A DNA stretch of 64,000 nt from Dendrobates tinctorius (Eukaryota). This document shows positions 48,916 to 60,066 of this stretch, one piece after another. Position 1 is the stretch's first letter. Each line of letters opens with the position of its first letter. The DNA lies in assembly GCF_039654945.1 (NCBI RefSeq), contig NW_027361692.1:21018001-21082000 (forward strand), in the 5' to 3' direction. The notes under the pieces were generated by a model. That model did no database searches. It worked only from the letters and a program-made list of their open reading frames with translations, and had not been told where the DNA came from. The position numbers and the translations under genes were made by a program.

Positions 48916-50776
48916 TTAAGGCCAGCCAATAGAGCTGCTGAAAAGGCAGCCTCAAGAATCCCCAGCAATTGGGGTCCTCTATATTTTACCCCAGGTATGT
49001 TCAGCCCTAGATGTTTTGTTCCCTGTATGTTGACCCCAAAAGCTGAGGGTGAAACATCTGGGGTCAAAATGCTAGGGGCAAAACATCAGATGGTGAAACT
49101 TCCAGGGACAAAATGCTGTAGGTGAAAGATCCGGGGGCAAACTGCTGGGGGTGAAAAATCCAGGCGCAAAATATCCTGGGGCGAAACATCGGGGAGCGAA
49201 CTGCTGGTGGCGAAACATCTGGGGGCGAACTGCCAGGGGCGAAAAATCCAGGGGTGAAACATCTAGTGTCGAACTGCTGGGGTGAAACATCCGGGGGCAA
49301 ACTGCCGGGGGCGAAAAATCCGGGGGCGAACTGCTGGGGCGAAACATCCGGGGGCGAACTGCTGGGGGCGAAACATCCGGGGTGAAATGCTAGGGGCAAA
49401 ACATCCGGGGGCGAACTGCTGGGGGCGAAACATCCGGGGGCGAAAAATCCGGGGGCGAAATGCTGGGGGCAAAACATCTGGGGGCGAAAAATCCGGGGGC
49501 GAAATGCTAGGGGCAAAACATCTGGGGGCGAACTGCTGGGGGCGAAAAATCCGGGGGCAAAATGCTGGGGGCAAAACATCTGGGGGCGAACTGCTGGGAG
49601 CGAAACATCCGGGGGCGAACTGCTGGGGGCGAAACATCCGGGGGCGAAAAATCCGGGGGCGAAATGCTGTGGGCAAAACATCCGGGGGCGAACCGCTGGG
49701 GGCAAAATGTGTGGGGGTGAAATGTGCAGGGACGAAACCTCCTGGGGGCCAAATGTTGGGGATGAAATGTGCGGGGGCAAAATGCACCTGGGGCAAACTG
49801 CTGGGGCGAACTGCTGGGGGCGAAACATCCAAATCCCAGTCACCTTCACCCCCTTTCCTTTTATGCATGGTCCCCCTCACCCCACTTTCCTGGTATGCAT
49901 GGTCCCTTCACCCCCCTATCCTGGTATGCATGTTTACCCTCACCCCCTTTCCTGTTATGCATGGTTCCAGTCACCCCCCTTTCCTGTTATGCATGGTTCC
50001 TGTCACCCCCATTTCCTGTTATGCATGGTCCCGGCACCCCCCTTTCCTGGTATGCATGGTCCCCATCACCCCTAGGAAACTGCACACATACAAAAAAAGA
50101 AAACCCATCTTTCTTGTGGTCCAGCACTGTCCCGTTCTGCCGGAGGCTGGGGGAGCCAGGAGGAGTACACGCATGCCCATACCGCGCTGTCCACCGCCAT
50201 TTTCCTGAAGACACACTGCAAATGTGTTTTCACGAAAATGGCGTTGGATAGCGGTATGTGCGTGCAATTCTCACGCGCACTCCTGCCCCGGCATCTTCCA
50301 GTCCCAGTAAAGCTTAGCGTGAAGGACGAAGATGACATCACTCTCGCAAGAGCATGACATCATCAGCGGTTTTGGCGCAAAGCATTACTGGGACCAAGAT
50401 GCAGGACGCGTGGTTAGAAAAGGGAAGTCCGGGGGCCGTCCAAAGGTGAGTATCTCACTATTTTTTATTTTAATTCTATTTTTTACAGATTAATGGTACC
50501 CAGGGCCTGGAGGAGTCTCCTCTCCTCTGGACCCTGGCTATCATCCGCACATTAGGCCGTGACCAATCAGTGGCGCGGGAGGCTGGAGTGCGCCTGTTGC
50601 TGATTGGTCGCGGCCTAGCGGCCACAACCAATCAGCAAGGCGGGATTTCCATTACAGACAAACAGACAGACAGAATTAGACAATTATATAGTAGATTTAT
50701 ACTGATTATATCAAATCTATAATAAAATGAATAATTTTCTTGTAAATATCTCCCACTATACAATGCCTTTTATCTA

Positions 50777-50880
50777 CCCTATTTTTCGGACTATAAGACG
50801 CACTTTTTTCCCCAAAAATTTTGGGGGAAAATGGGGTTACATCTTATAGTCATAATGATAGTCGTAATGTACTTACCAGG
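50777..50880. mobile_element. pogo/Tigger-like TIR fragment
   Basis: TA|CCCTATTTTTCGGACTATAAGACGCAC terminus. Confidence 0.55.
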
Positions 50881-52969
50881 AGTGTGGCAGCAGTAAAGGC
50901 CACTTAAAACTTTAAAACAGCATCTGTTGCGAAAACTAGCATGAATATTGCGGAAGACATTTCACTGTCAATTATCTCCTTCAGTCTATAACGTTTCACA
51001 GATGTACCAATGTGTAATTTAGCATGAGAGGATAAATGAAACAACTGGTTGATAAATTCTAATACTCAACCACTCAAAATAAATAAGATACAGTAATACT
51101 TCTGAAAATGATAGGCAAAAAAATGAGAATGATGCATAATTACACTGAATAATTATTAATGATGAAATAAAAAATGACTGAAAAGAAAAAAACACTGCTT
51201 CTATTAGTACTGCATCAGAGATATAAATAATATAACCTTTAATGTGGTAAGTTTAAATAAGCAACAAACCTAAATTATTAAAAAGTTGTCCCACCAGATT
51301 TAAAGTGCAAGGCAGTGAAAGATAGCAAATAACTATAGGGAAATGTCAAAGATGAGTAGGATATAATGTCCCACAGCCTAGCTAAGGTACACAAAATATC
51401 TTATGGCATTGTTTGATGACGACAAGTACAATCCAACCTCTAAGTTCAGTGACACCCTATAGACTAGTAATATATAAATATATACAAGGGGATTGTATAT
51501 GTTGTGTGTTTTTGACACTCTCACTCAAAAAATAGAGCCAAAAACACACAACTACGAATAATATAATTGGAGCAATCTCACCCATAGAGGAGACATGGAG
51601 CCAGTTCCCCAAATCCATCATTATCTATTATTGTTTCTGTCCAATGACACCATGTACGTGATTCTGTAATGTCTAAGGTGCGCCAATCCCAATGAGTTTC
51701 CTCTCAAAGCTAGATTCTTTAGGGGATTCTTATCAAGGTAGAGGAATGTATTACCACAATGCCTGCACCGCAGTGCCGCCGGTCCTGTTTCTCTGACCCT
51801 CTGCGTGGAAATGCCAAAGACCAATCAGCTTTAAATCATAGTTGTTCCTGGCCATATCACATCCGGGAATGCTAACCCTATTTCCTGTTAGTGGAAAGTT
51901 CCCGCCGATGGTGACACGCATATGTCCCTTCCTGGTGAAGCGTCCATATGATCAACAGCACCTACCATCTGGTGAAGTAATTTTAGGGGCCAGGGTTTCT
52001 AAACAACTGCTTAACTCTGTACTGCGCCTATTCCTACCCCTATGATGGAACACTCAAATGAGAGTCCTTAGTAGTACCTGGGCCCCTATTCCAGACACCA
52101 TTGTGCACTGGCACAATCAAAGCCAGCGACATATATCACAAACAACAGCAAAACATCTCTTAGACTTTTCTCGACATGGTACACCCTTCACTAGGGTAAC
52201 AACAGAAAGATGGTTACCATATAATATGTCAATGGTGACACTCAAGTATAGATATTCTTAATCAATGCATGCTCATTTCAGAAGAAACAGGTTGTAGAAG
52301 ACTTTATTCTTAGATTCATATGATGATGGAGAGGATAGGAGGCTATCTGTGATTAATAAAGAACAGCTAGAACAACAGGTCAGTTGAATGTTGAAAGAGT
52401 ATTACTTAGGGAGAATAGGCTACAATAAAAGACATAATAGGATCAATATAGAAAGGGCCAATAAGGCTTGGCTCTATATATATTTAAAGAGGTAGATACA
52501 CAAACCTCAGTGACATTATCTAGATGTCAACAAAAAGGTAAGGCTGTACAAAACAGCCCCCCCCAGGCGAAAAGCCACAAAGCACCCACTCCAAGAGCAA
52601 TCTATTCATGCAAGGAGAAAAATGGAGCAAACAGGTGAATGCAGTAAAAAAGTAGTCATCTTTATTAGTTAAATACAGACAAATATAATGACAAGTAGTA
52701 ATAGATAAAATAGTGAGAATAACAACACCGCAGGATAAAAGAACAGAAACCCCCGGACACAAGGACAACCATCATGCATGTCGTGGAGTACAGATATATA
52801 TAACTCAATAGTAAATGTCACCACACAGCATCCACCTGGACAAGACTGCACCGCAAAATATAAGTGTAGAGGTATCCAAGAGGCGCTAGGTGCGCCAAAT
52901 GTAGAAAGCAGTATCTTACCACAGGTGGAGGCAGAGGCTGAAGGGGTCCGGGGCCAGGTTGGGGGCAAG

Positions 52970-53013
52970 CCCGACGCGTGTTTCGCGTGTTTACACACAC
53001 GCTTTCTCAAGGG
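52970..53013 (-). ncRNA. Minimal type I hammerhead ribozyme (U3-A8 variant), downstream pLTR
   Basis: CCC-UUGAGAA-A-GCGUGU(GUGUAA)ACACGC-GAAA-CACGCGUC-GGG. Confidence 0.75.
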
Positions 53014-53908
53014 AAGTATCGCGGGGAAGGGTAAAGGACCTTCTTATGCACCAGGTGGCCAGATCACATGACCGCCAGTAAGCCAATGGGAGTGGTATAG
53101 AGCGGCGCATGCGCGGTGGGCACAGCAAGCGCCGGCAATGCAGGGACAAAGCGTCACACATCGCCCAAGGCCTGGGGGAGGGGGGAATTCCCGGAGGCCG
53201 AGAGAGACGCGCGGAGACGCTCGCCCTGCAGCCGAGCGGAAGCAGGCACAGCGGGCATGCGCACAACCAGAGCCCAAAAGTAAAAGGCAATATACAGGGC
53301 TGGGCGTGAGCAAGTCATATACAAAAACCATATGCACACATGAATGATCAAAAGAATAGCACTAAAAGGGGACACCAAGAAAAACAGCAAGACAATCAAA
53401 AAATCATGCAATAGAGTATAAGATGCATAATAAATAGAGGATATTAGAGAAACCAGATCCCCTGTCAATATGTGGGGCATAGTTCCCCACTCCACATATA
53501 CATATATATATAGAACTGTAAAATAACCAAATGCAGATAGTCATGCAACCAATGCAAAATACATATATATAGGGAGATGCGTTGTCCTCCAAACTGCAAC
53601 TCTTGTATCCCTGTGCAAAGTATGATTTCGATACAATAATGTATATGGAAAACGACGAACACACGACAGATCCATCTCCCATGCAGAGAATGTACAACGG
53701 GGCACAAAAAGGTCCAGAAGAGAACTAGAAAGGGAAAATAAGAATAAAACAATGAATAAAATGTGATATAATAAAACCAGAAAAAAAACCAATCACCGGA
53801 ATGGGGAATAACAGAGGAATGAAAGGGCAAGGTAGATGATACAAAGAAGTTATTTTGGAAATGTATTTTTAAATGTGTACATGAGTATTAGCAAACAGTA
53901 AGGGTCAC

Positions 53909-56900
53909 CTACAAAAAAGAGGCAAAAGATAACGATTCATTTAGGCCCTTAGGGGTCAGGGTGTCCAGTGTGACAATCCATTTAGCTTCGACTTGGGCCA
54001 GTCTCCGTTTGTAGTTACCACCTTTCGCCCCCAAATGGACCTGATCAATGCCTCTAATTTTAAGAGAAGTAGGGTCACCATTATGATACTGCCGAAAATG
54101 GCGAGGCAGAGTCTTGAGAAGGGAAACGTCAGTCACTGTCTTGGACGCACAAATGTCCCGCACATGCTCACGCACCCTCCTCCTAAGTTCTCTGGACGTG
54201 AGACCAACGTAAATTTTTGAGCAGCCACATGTGGAGTAATAGATCACATTTGTGCTGCTACATGAAATCCGATGACGAATATCAAACTGTCTCCGTCCAT
54301 CGGAGGAGGTAAAGGTGTCGCAGCGCAGGACATTTGTGCATGCAAGACAGTGACCACAAGGTATGGAGCCAGGTACAGGGCCCCTGGACCCAAATACATT
54401 AGTCGACACTGGGAGATAGTGACTCCTCACCAGAAGGTCACTAAGATTTCTTGACCTTCTTGCGGTCATTGAGGGGGATCGTCCCAAGAATGGACCCAGG
54501 GCAGGTTCAGTCCCAAGAATCGACCAATGTTTGGTAAGGATCTGCCTCATGTTGTCCCATTGATGGTTAAATGTAGAGATGAACCTAATTGGTCCATCCA
54601 TAGTCTGTCGAGAGGCCCTATTACGAGAAACCAAGAGACTACCGTGTGGAGTGGCTCTTGCTCTTAAGTAGCCTTTTTTGATGCATCTATTGGAGTAGCC
54701 TCGGCTCGAAAAGCGCGTTTTCAGATCGGCCGCTTGCATCTCAAACTTAGCATCTGACGAACAGATCCGCCTCATCCGTAAGAACTGTCCGACCGGGACA
54801 GCCCCTATGGTGGAAGGGTTGTGGGCAGAAGACGCATGAACCAAAGAATGATCAACACACATAGTGACATCCAGAAAATTAATTTTGGCAGCATCAAATG
54901 TATAAGTCAAATGAATGTTCAAATGATTATCGTTCAGCGTCTCCATAATGTCCCCGAGCTGCAGCACCAATCCGTCCCACAAAAAGAAAATATCATCTAT
55001 ATATCTATGCCAGCACAGCACATGGGAAGCGGCCGGCACGCCCGCGTCGCCAAAAAAGGATCTCTCCCACGAACCGAGGAAGAGATTAGCGTACGCGGGC
55101 GCACAGGCCGCGCCCATGGCAGTGCCGCGTTGCTGCAAGAAAAATTGGTCTTTAAAAGTAAAAAAATTGTGGGTAAGGATAAAGTGCAACAGCTCGAGGA
55201 TAAGCCCACATAAGGGGCCGTCCAGGTCGGAGGCACCCAGGAAGAGGCGGACCGCGTTCATGCCATCAGTGTGTCCAATGCAAGTATATAGGCTCTCCAC
55301 GTCGGCAGTGACTAGAAGAGTCCCTTGGTCCACAAAAATGCCATCGACCCTAGCCAGGGCATCCGTAGTGTCACGTATGTAAGATGGCAAGGTTTCTACC
55401 AACGGTTTTAGATAAAAATCAATAAATTGGCAGATAGGGTCACATAACCCATCAATGCCAGACACTATGGGACGCCCAGGAGGGTCGAGGGCATTCTTGT
55501 GGACCTTTGGTAACAAGTAAAAAGTTGGAACTCTTGGGTATTTAGCCACCAAGCCATCAAAGACCTGCTTAGAAATCACATTATTATCTAGAGCCTCCAT
55601 AAGGATGCGCTGGAGGCCGAGAGAGAAGGTCGCAAGAGGATTGGAAGGCAGTCGAAGATAAGTATCAGTGTCCCTGAGTTGACGAAAGGCCTCACGTTCA
55701 TATTTATCATGTGGCCATACCACAATGTTCCCCCCCTTGTCGGCCGGTTTGAAAACCACATCAGACAAGGATTGTAATTCAGAAATGGCAATGCGTTGAG
55801 CATGAGTCAAATTATCAAATTGACGTTTAGTTGACAATTCCTTGAAGTCCTCACAAACTAATTTCATAAAGACCTCAATAGCCGGACTTAACGACAAGGG
55901 GGGGAACTTTGCGGACCTTGGCAAGATCGAAGACGGAAACCTACTTGGAGATGGAGTCGCCTGCTCATCAAGCAATTCCTCTAAAGTGCGAAGAGCTTCT
56001 CTCTCGACCTCACTCATCACCTCCCTGGAGGCCTTCTTGGCATGCAGTTTTCGCAGCAAGAGTTTGCGAGAAAATAAATGCAGGTCCTTCATGGCTGTAA
56101 AAAAATGAAAAGAGTTAGTGGGACAGAAGGAAAGGCCTCTCGACAGAACATCCAGCTGTATTTTGGATAATGTATGGGAAGACAAGTTAAGTACCTGTAG
56201 GCCAACCTGAGATTGGAAGGCCTTCCCAGTATTAGACTTATTTTTAACAGTTTGCCTAGTCATGATACGTTTGATTGTAGAATTAGACTCAGAAGAACCA
56301 GCACCCGGGTACATCTTGGAGCAATTTTCATTCTCACCAGAAATGTTGGACCTAATGGAGGCAGACCTAGATCTGGAACGAGAATAGTTCCTGTATTGAG
56401 GCCTAGAACGGTCCAGGGGATTACGCCATTTATACATGCGTACTAATTTCTTATCCTCCACATCTCTCTGAAATTTTTTGGCCTTTGTAGACTGGATTTC
56501 TTGTGCCCATTTTTGAGAAAGATCATCCATTTCCTCATTGAATTTCTTTAAGGCATCACTGGCCATATCTCTACGGAGAATTACTTGCAAGGCTTCCATC
56601 TCAGATTCAATTGATGCAAATGATTCCTGATTCATTTTTTTCAGGAGTTCCATGAAACCCATGGAACACGTATTAGCCAGGGTTTCCCAATTATTAATAA
56701 AGACATCATCTTGAATCGGAAAAGATGGAAAGACCTGTATACGTAGTCCTCGTGGTATGAGGTCCTTATGGAGGTATTTCTCAAGGAATGCATGGTTCCA
56801 CCAGGTTCGAGTCCGTTTACGGAGAAGGTCTTTGAATTGTTTAATAGTATCCTGAATTGCCCTACTCATACCCTCTGATCCCCCTTCTGGGTCATCCTGC

Positions 56901-57019
56901 AGTGTGTCATTAATAAGTGCACGCCAAGTCTGATCGCGACCACGGAAATCCATTATATGGCTGAGGACAACTGTGAAAACCACAGAACAAGTTAGTAGAT
57001 ACACAAACCTCAGTGACAT
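53909..57019 (-). CDS. Penelope-like RT/GIY-YIG polyprotein, 1036 aa (possible start MDFRGR at 56953); lacks 16 aa including YRKPT
   Basis: NLS..LSRGLSFCP, KPADKGG, LPKVHK, PGRPIV, DVESLYT, GTAMGA, RYIDDIF; CGHCLAC linker; NVIY...IYVGLT.R.LR.R..EH endonuclease. Confidence 0.93.
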   Translation of the reverse strand: MSLRFVYLLTCSVVFTVVLSHIMDFRGRDQTWRALINDTLQDDPEGGSEGMSRAIQDTIKQFKDLLRKRTRTWWNHAFLEKYLHKDLIPRGLRIQVFPSFPIQDDVFINNWETLANTCSMGFMELLKKMNQESFASIESEMEALQVILRRDMASDALKKFNEEMDDLSQKWAQEIQSTKAKKFQRDVEDKKLVRMYKWRNPLDRSRPQYRNYSRSRSRSASIRSNISGENENCSKMYPGAGSSESNSTIKRIMTRQTVKNKSNTGKAFQSQVGLQVLNLSSHTLSKIQLDVLSRGLSFCPTNSFHFFTAMKDLHLFSRKLLLRKLHAKKASREVMSEVEREALRTLEELLDEQATPSPSRFPSSILPRSAKFPPLSLSPAIEVFMKLVCEDFKELSTKRQFDNLTHAQRIAISELQSLSDVVFKPADKGGNIVVWPHDKYEREAFRQLRDTDTYLRLPSNPLATFSLGLQRILMEALDNNVISKQVFDGLVAKYPRVPTFYLLPKVHKNALDPPGRPIVSGIDGLCDPICQFIDFYLKPLVETLPSYIRDTTDALARVDGIFVDQGTLLVTADVESLYTCIGHTDGMNAVRLFLGASDLDGPLCGLILELLHFILTHNFFTFKDQFFLQQRGTAMGAACAPAYANLFLGSWERSFFGDAGVPAASHVLCWHRYIDDIFFLWDGLVLQLGDIMETLNDNHLNIHLTYTFDAAKINFLDVTMCVDHSLVHASSAHNPSTIGAVPVGQFLRMRRICSSDAKFEMQAADLKTRFSSRGYSNRCIKKGYLRARATPHGSLLVSRNRASRQTMDGPIRFISTFNHQWDNMRQILTKHWSILGTEPALGPFLGRSPSMTARRSRNLSDLLVRSHYLPVSTNVFGSRGPVPGSIPCGHCLACTNVLRCDTFTSSDGRRQFDIRHRISCSSTNVIYYSTCGCSKIYVGLTSRELRRRVREHVRDICASKTVTDVSLLKTLPRHFRQYHNGDPTSLKIRGIDQVHLGAKGGNYKRRLAQVEAKWIVTLDTLTPKGLNESLSFASFL

Positions 57020-57472
57020 TATCTAGATGTCAACAAAAAGGTAAGGCTGTACAAAACAGCCCCCCCAAGGTGAAAAGCCACAAAGCACCCACTCCAAGAG
57101 CAATCTATTCATGCAAGGAGAAAAATGGAGCAAACAGGTGAATGCAGTAAAAAAGTAGTCATCTTTATTAGTTAAATACAGACAAATATAATGACAAGTA
57201 GTAATAGATAAAATAGTGAGAACAACAACACCGCAGGATAAAAGAACAGAAACCCCTGGACACAAGGACAACCATCATGCATGTCGTGGAGTACAGATAT
57301 ATATAACTCAATAGTAAATGTCACCACACAGTATCCACCTGGACAAGACTGCACCGCAAAGTATAAGTGTAGAGGTATCCAAGAGGCGCTAGATGCGCCA
57401 AATATAGAAAGCGGTATCTTACCACAGGTGAAGGCAGAGGCTGAAGGGGTCCGGGGCCAGGTTGGGGGCAAG

Positions 57473-57516
57473 CCCGACGCGCGTTTCGCGTGTTTACACA
57501 CACGCTTTCTCAAGGG
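57473..57516 (-). ncRNA. Minimal type I hammerhead ribozyme (U3-A8 variant), upstream pLTR
   Basis: CCC-UUGAGAA-A-GCGUGU(GUGUAA)ACACGC-GAAA-CGCGCGUC-GGG; palindromic helix III ACGCGCGU; GUC cleavage triplet. Confidence 0.8.
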
Positions 57517-58416
57517 AAGTATCGCGGGGAAGGGTAAAGGACCTTCTTATGCACCAGGTGGCCAGATCACATGACCGCCAGTAAGCCAATGGGAGTGGTA
57601 TAGAGCAGCGCATGCGCGGTGGGCACAGCAAATGCCGGCAATGCAGGGACAAAGCGTCACACATCGCCCAAGGCCTGGGGAGGGGGAAATTCCCGGAGGC
57701 CGAGAGAGACAAGCGGAGACGCTCTCCCTGCTGCCGAGCGGAAGCAGGCACAGCGGGCATGCGCACAACCAGAGCCCAAAAGTAAAAGGCAATATACAGG
57801 GCTGGGCGTGAGCAAGTCATATACAAAAACCATATGCACACATGAATGATCAAAAGAATAGCACTAAAAGGGGACACCAAGAAAAACAGCAAGACAATCA
57901 AAAAATCATGCAATAGAGTATAAGATGCATAATAAATAGAGGATATTAGAGAAACCAGATCCCCTGTCAATATGTGGGGCATAGTTCCCCACTCCACATA
58001 TACATATATATATATAGAACTGTAAAATAACCAAATGCAGATAGTCATGCAACCAATGCAAAATACATATATATATAGGGAGATGCGTTGTCCTCCAAAC
58101 TGCAACTCTTGTATCCCTGTGCAAAGTATGATGTCGATACAATAATGTATATGGAAAACGACGAACACACGACAGATCCATCTCCCATGCAGAGAATGTA
58201 CAACGGGGCACAAAAAGGTCCAGAAGAGAACTAGAAAGGGAAAATAAGAATAAAACAATGAATAAAATGTGATATAATAAAACCAGAAAAAAAAACCCAA
58301 TCACCGGAATGGGGAATAACAGAGAAATGAAAGGGCAAGGTAGATGAAACAAAGAAGTTATTTTGGAAATGTATTTTTAAATGTGTACATGAGTATTAGC
58401 AAACAGTAAGGGTCAC

Positions 58417-59537
58417 CTACAAAAAAGAGGCAAAAGATAACGATTCATTTAGGCCCTTAGGGGTCAGGGTGTCCAGTGTGACAATCCATTTAGCTTCGAC
58501 TTGGGCCAGTCTCCGTTTGTAGTTACCACCTCTCGCCCCCAAATGGACCTGATCAATGCCTCTAATTTTAAGAGAAGTAGGGTCACCATTATGATACTGC
58601 CGAAAATGGCGAGGCAGAGTCTTGAGAAGGGAAACGTCAGTCACTGTCTTGGACGCACAAATTATCCTGCACATGCTCACGCACCCTCCTCCTAAGTTCT
58701 CTGGACGTGAGACCAACGTAAATTTTTGAGCAGCCACATGTGGCGTAATAGATCACATTTGTGCTGCTACATGAAATCCGATGACGAATATCAAACTGTC
58801 TCCGTCCATCGGAGGAGGTAAAGGTGTCGCAGCGCAGGACATTTGTGCATGCAAGACAGTGACCACAAGGTATGGAGCCAGGTACAGGGCCCCTGGACCC
58901 AAATACATTAGTCGACACTGGGAGATAGTGACTCCTCACCAGAAGGTCACTAAGATTTCTTGACCTTCTTGCGGTCATTGAGGGATATCGTCCCAAGGAT
59001 GGACCCAGGGCAGGTTCAGTCCCAAGAATCGACCAATGTTTGGTAAGGATCTGCCTCATGTTGTCCCATTGATGGTTAAATGTAGAGATGAACCTAATTG
59101 GTCCATCCATAGTCTGTCGAGAGGCCCTATTACGAGAAACCAAGAGACTACCGCGTGGAGTGGCTCTTGCTCTTAAGTAGCCTTTTTTGATGCATCTATT
59201 GGAGTAGCCTCGGCTCGAAAAGCGCGTTTTCAGATCGGCCGCTTGCATCTCAAACTTAGCATCTGACGAACAGATCCGCCTCATCCGTAAGAACTGTCCG
59301 ACCGGGACAGCCCCTATGGTGGAAGGGTTGTGGGCAGAAGACGCATGAACCAAAGAATTTACTGATGTTGGTTTACGATAAACATCAGTCTGGATGCGAC
59401 CAGTGTGATCAACACACATAGTGACATCCAGAAAATTAATTTTGTCAGCATCAAATGTATAAGTCAAATGAATGTTCAAATGATTATCGTTCAGTGTCTC
59501 CATAAAGTCCCCGAGCTGCTGCACCGATCCGTCCCAC
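58417..59537 (-). pseudogene. 3' portion of the Penelope ORF (RT thumb plus GIY-YIG), frameshifted near 58665
   Basis: Near-identical to 53909-54980; retains TGRIQTDVYRKPTSVN; 1-bp insertion in the endonuclease. Confidence 0.9.
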
Positions 59538-59712
59538 TGCATTCACCTGTTTGCTCCATTTTTCTCCTTGCATGAATATATAAAGAGGTGTACCTATCAC
59601 TCCCCCTAAACACCTCTATTCTAATCTGTACTCTACCTGTCAGCAGAAGCTAGCACCCTAAACATCTTATGCAAAGTGGCGCTTTCATTCATTGAAAACT
59701 GCCCCTATAGCT

Positions 59713-60066
59713 TCTATCTCTATATATAAAAGTGAATGTATGTATGTATGTGTGTGTATGTATCACCAGCCAATCACGAAGCATCTTTCATTTTACCAGA
59801 GCTGTTCAAAAGAAGCTGAGCTGTGATTGGTTGCTATGAGCAACAGTTTTCCTTGCAACCAATCACTAAGCATCTCTCATTTCACCAGAGCTGCTTAAAA
59901 GAAGCTGAGCTGTGATTGGTTGCAATGAGCAAGTTTTCCCACTTGACGACACCTCAGCAGACACTGACATGGTGGGAGAAATCTAGCATCCTCGGGAACA
60001 TTAGCTCCAGCCATGGTCTGTCCCCCGGAAAGGAGCAGTGAGTACATGACGGAAATGAATCCCCCC
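59713..60066 (+). mobile_element. Helitron-like 5' end, interrupted by the Gypsy LTR
   Basis: TCTATCTCTATATATAAAAG followed by (GTAT)n and an ~90-bp duplicated CCAATCAC...GTGATTGG unit. Confidence 0.55.

Larger units (their letters stand above)
40662..49837 (+). mobile_element. Phantom-type Mutator (MULE) transposon with foldback, repeat-built TIRs
   Basis: Left arm 40662-~41265 of TTCGCCCC(C)AGCAG/GGATG subrepeats; inverted right arm ~49040-49837; ~10-bp TSD GGTCACCCTC / AGTCACCTTC; internal FLYWCH transposase exon. Confidence 0.82.
39952..50695 (-). mobile_element. Non-autonomous Helitron, expanded by nested insertions
   Basis: 5' A|TCTACTATATAA at 50695 with (GTCT)n; 3' hairpin CCCGATGCGTTAGAATCGGG then CTAG|T at 39952; a ~30-bp internal minisatellite on both sides of the Phantom insertion. 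Confidence 0.85.
52492..59578 (-). mobile_element. Young Penelope-like (Neptune) element in partial-tandem form: partial ORF, pLTR, full ORF, pLTR
   Basis: 52492-~54980 is duplicated at 56995-59537; ~1.4-kb pLTRs at 52492-53908 and 56995-58416; inverted 43-bp pLTR piece at 59536-59578; possible TSD TAAAGAGGT (52485-52493, 59581-59589). Confidence 0.93.

Noticed and set aside
57494-58352. Hydrophobic ORFs in the pLTR as a second Penelope gene
   Set aside because: They come from T-rich composition; the frame is not conserved between the two pLTR copies because of indels in the TA and A runs.
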